From the NCBI GenBank assembly GCA_015062815.1, contig SUTP01000001.1, forward strand, positions 34,062 to 98,061: 64,000 nt of DNA, written 5' to 3'. The DNA comes from Methanosphaera stadtmanae (lineage in GTDB: Archaea > Methanobacteriota > Methanobacteria > Methanobacteriales > Methanobacteriaceae). The notes under the pieces were generated by a model. That model did not search any database and had not been told where the DNA came from. It saw only the letters and a list, made by a program, of their open reading frames with translations. The number at the start of each line of letters is the position of its first letter. Position 1 is the stretch's first letter. The position numbers were made by a program, and so were the translations under genes. Positions 62,993 to 64,000 of the stretch are shown here, piece after piece.

Positions 62993-64000
62993 TTGGAACA
63001 AGTTAGAACTATTGAAACCGAGACTACTATTGGTAAAGATAATTCCATAGGTTATGTAGAAACTAAATATTATACTTTAGAAGAAGATTTAAAATTAGAA
63101 ACTGGAGCTATATTAAAAAATCCTACTATTGCTTATGAAACTTATGGTAAATTAAATGATTTAAAAAGTAATGTTATTTTAGTATGTCATGCATTAACAG
63201 GAAATGCTCATGCTGCAGGATGGCATGAAGGTGATAAAAAACCAGGATGGTGGGATATTATGATAGGTCCTGGTAAACCTTTAGATACTAATAAATATTT
63301 TATCATTTGTTCAAATGTACTGGGTAGTTGTCATGGTTCTACAGGTCCTTCAGATATAAATCCGGATACTAATAAAGAATATGCACTTGATTTCCCTATT
63401 ATCACTATTTCTGATATGGTTAATGGACAAAAAAAATTACTGGATCATCTAAATTTACATAATTTGTTTTGTGTTATTGGAGGTTCAATGGGTGGGATGC
63501 AAGTAATTCAATGGGCGATTTCCTATCCTAATATGATTAGAAATGCCATATTCATTGCTTCTGCTGCTTATTCAACTACACAACAAATTGCTTTTGATGA
63601 AGTACAAAGACGTGCCATTATAGAAGATTCTGATTGGAATCATGGTAATTATTATCATACTGGTAAATATCCTGATAAAGGTTTATCATTAGCTAGAATG
63701 ATAGCTCACATAACTTATTTAAGTAATGATTCAATGCTTCAAAAATTTGGACGTCGTTTACAAGATAAAGATAAATTTAGTTATTCTTTTGATGTTGAAT
63801 TTCAAGTTGAAAGTTATTTAAAACATCAAGGTTACACTTTTACTCAAAAATTTGATGCAAATAGTTATTTATATCTTACAAAAGCTTTAGATTATTTTGA
63901 TTTACGTAAAAACGAATCTTTAATTGAAGGTTTATCTTCTATTAATTGTAGGATGTTAGTTGTTTCAATTTCTTCTGATTGGTTATATACAGATTTACGA
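62993..64000 (+). CDS. metX: homoserine O-acetyltransferase (3' truncated by window)
   Basis: Hand translation from TTG 62993 (SD gaggg): [62 protein letters not shown]. Confidence 0.94.
   Translation, partial: MEQVRTIETETTIGKDNSIGYVETKYYTLEEDLKLETGAILKNPTIAYETYGKLNDLKSNVILVCHALTGNAHAAGWHEGDKKPGWWDIMIGPGKPLDTNKYFIICSNVLGSCHGSTGPSDINPDTNKEYALDFPIITISDMVNGQKKLLDHLNLHNLFCVIGGSMGGMQVIQWAISYPNMIRNAIFIASAAYSTTQQIAFDEVQRRAIIEDSDWNHGNYYHTGKYPDKGLSLARMIAHITYLSNDSMLQKFGRRLQDKDKFSYSFDVEFQVESYLKHQGYTFTQKFDANSYLYLTKALDYFDLRKNESLIEGLSSINCRMLVVSISSDWLYTDLR

Overview
Very AT-rich archaeal chromosome segment. The gene content (HMf-type histone, CarS, Tes, CofH, MfnB/D/F, AtwA, pseudomurein-binding repeat) indicates a Methanobacteriaceae methanogen, probably Methanosphaera-like (inference). 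About 55 CDS and 3 tRNAs (Phe-GAA, Val-GAC, Gln-CTG). Bases 1-52.6 kb are mostly core genes for tRNA modification, lipid, cofactor, NAD and purine synthesis, cobalt uptake (cbiMNQO), RFC and PheS. Bases ~52.6-60.7 kb form an accessory-looking block: two wHTH regulators, a nitroreductase, a degenerate ABC ATPase, an SF1 helicase and two coiled-coil proteins. The window ends in a metY-metX operon. I saw no CRISPR array, transposase, integrase or rRNA. Most notable: (1) a ~300-nt, extensively base-paired leader with mutually exclusive helices upstream of metY-metX, a candidate archaeal cis-regulatory RNA; (2) six genes whose only plausible start behind a Shine-Dalgarno (SD) is ATA, ACG, ATT or CTG; (3) an RHH + long coiled-coil + amphipathic-tail protein resembling bacterial RocS-type DNA-membrane tethers; (4) an acidic-tailed histone-fold protein. 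All product calls come from motif recognition by eye, with no database search, and RNA pairings were found by hand.
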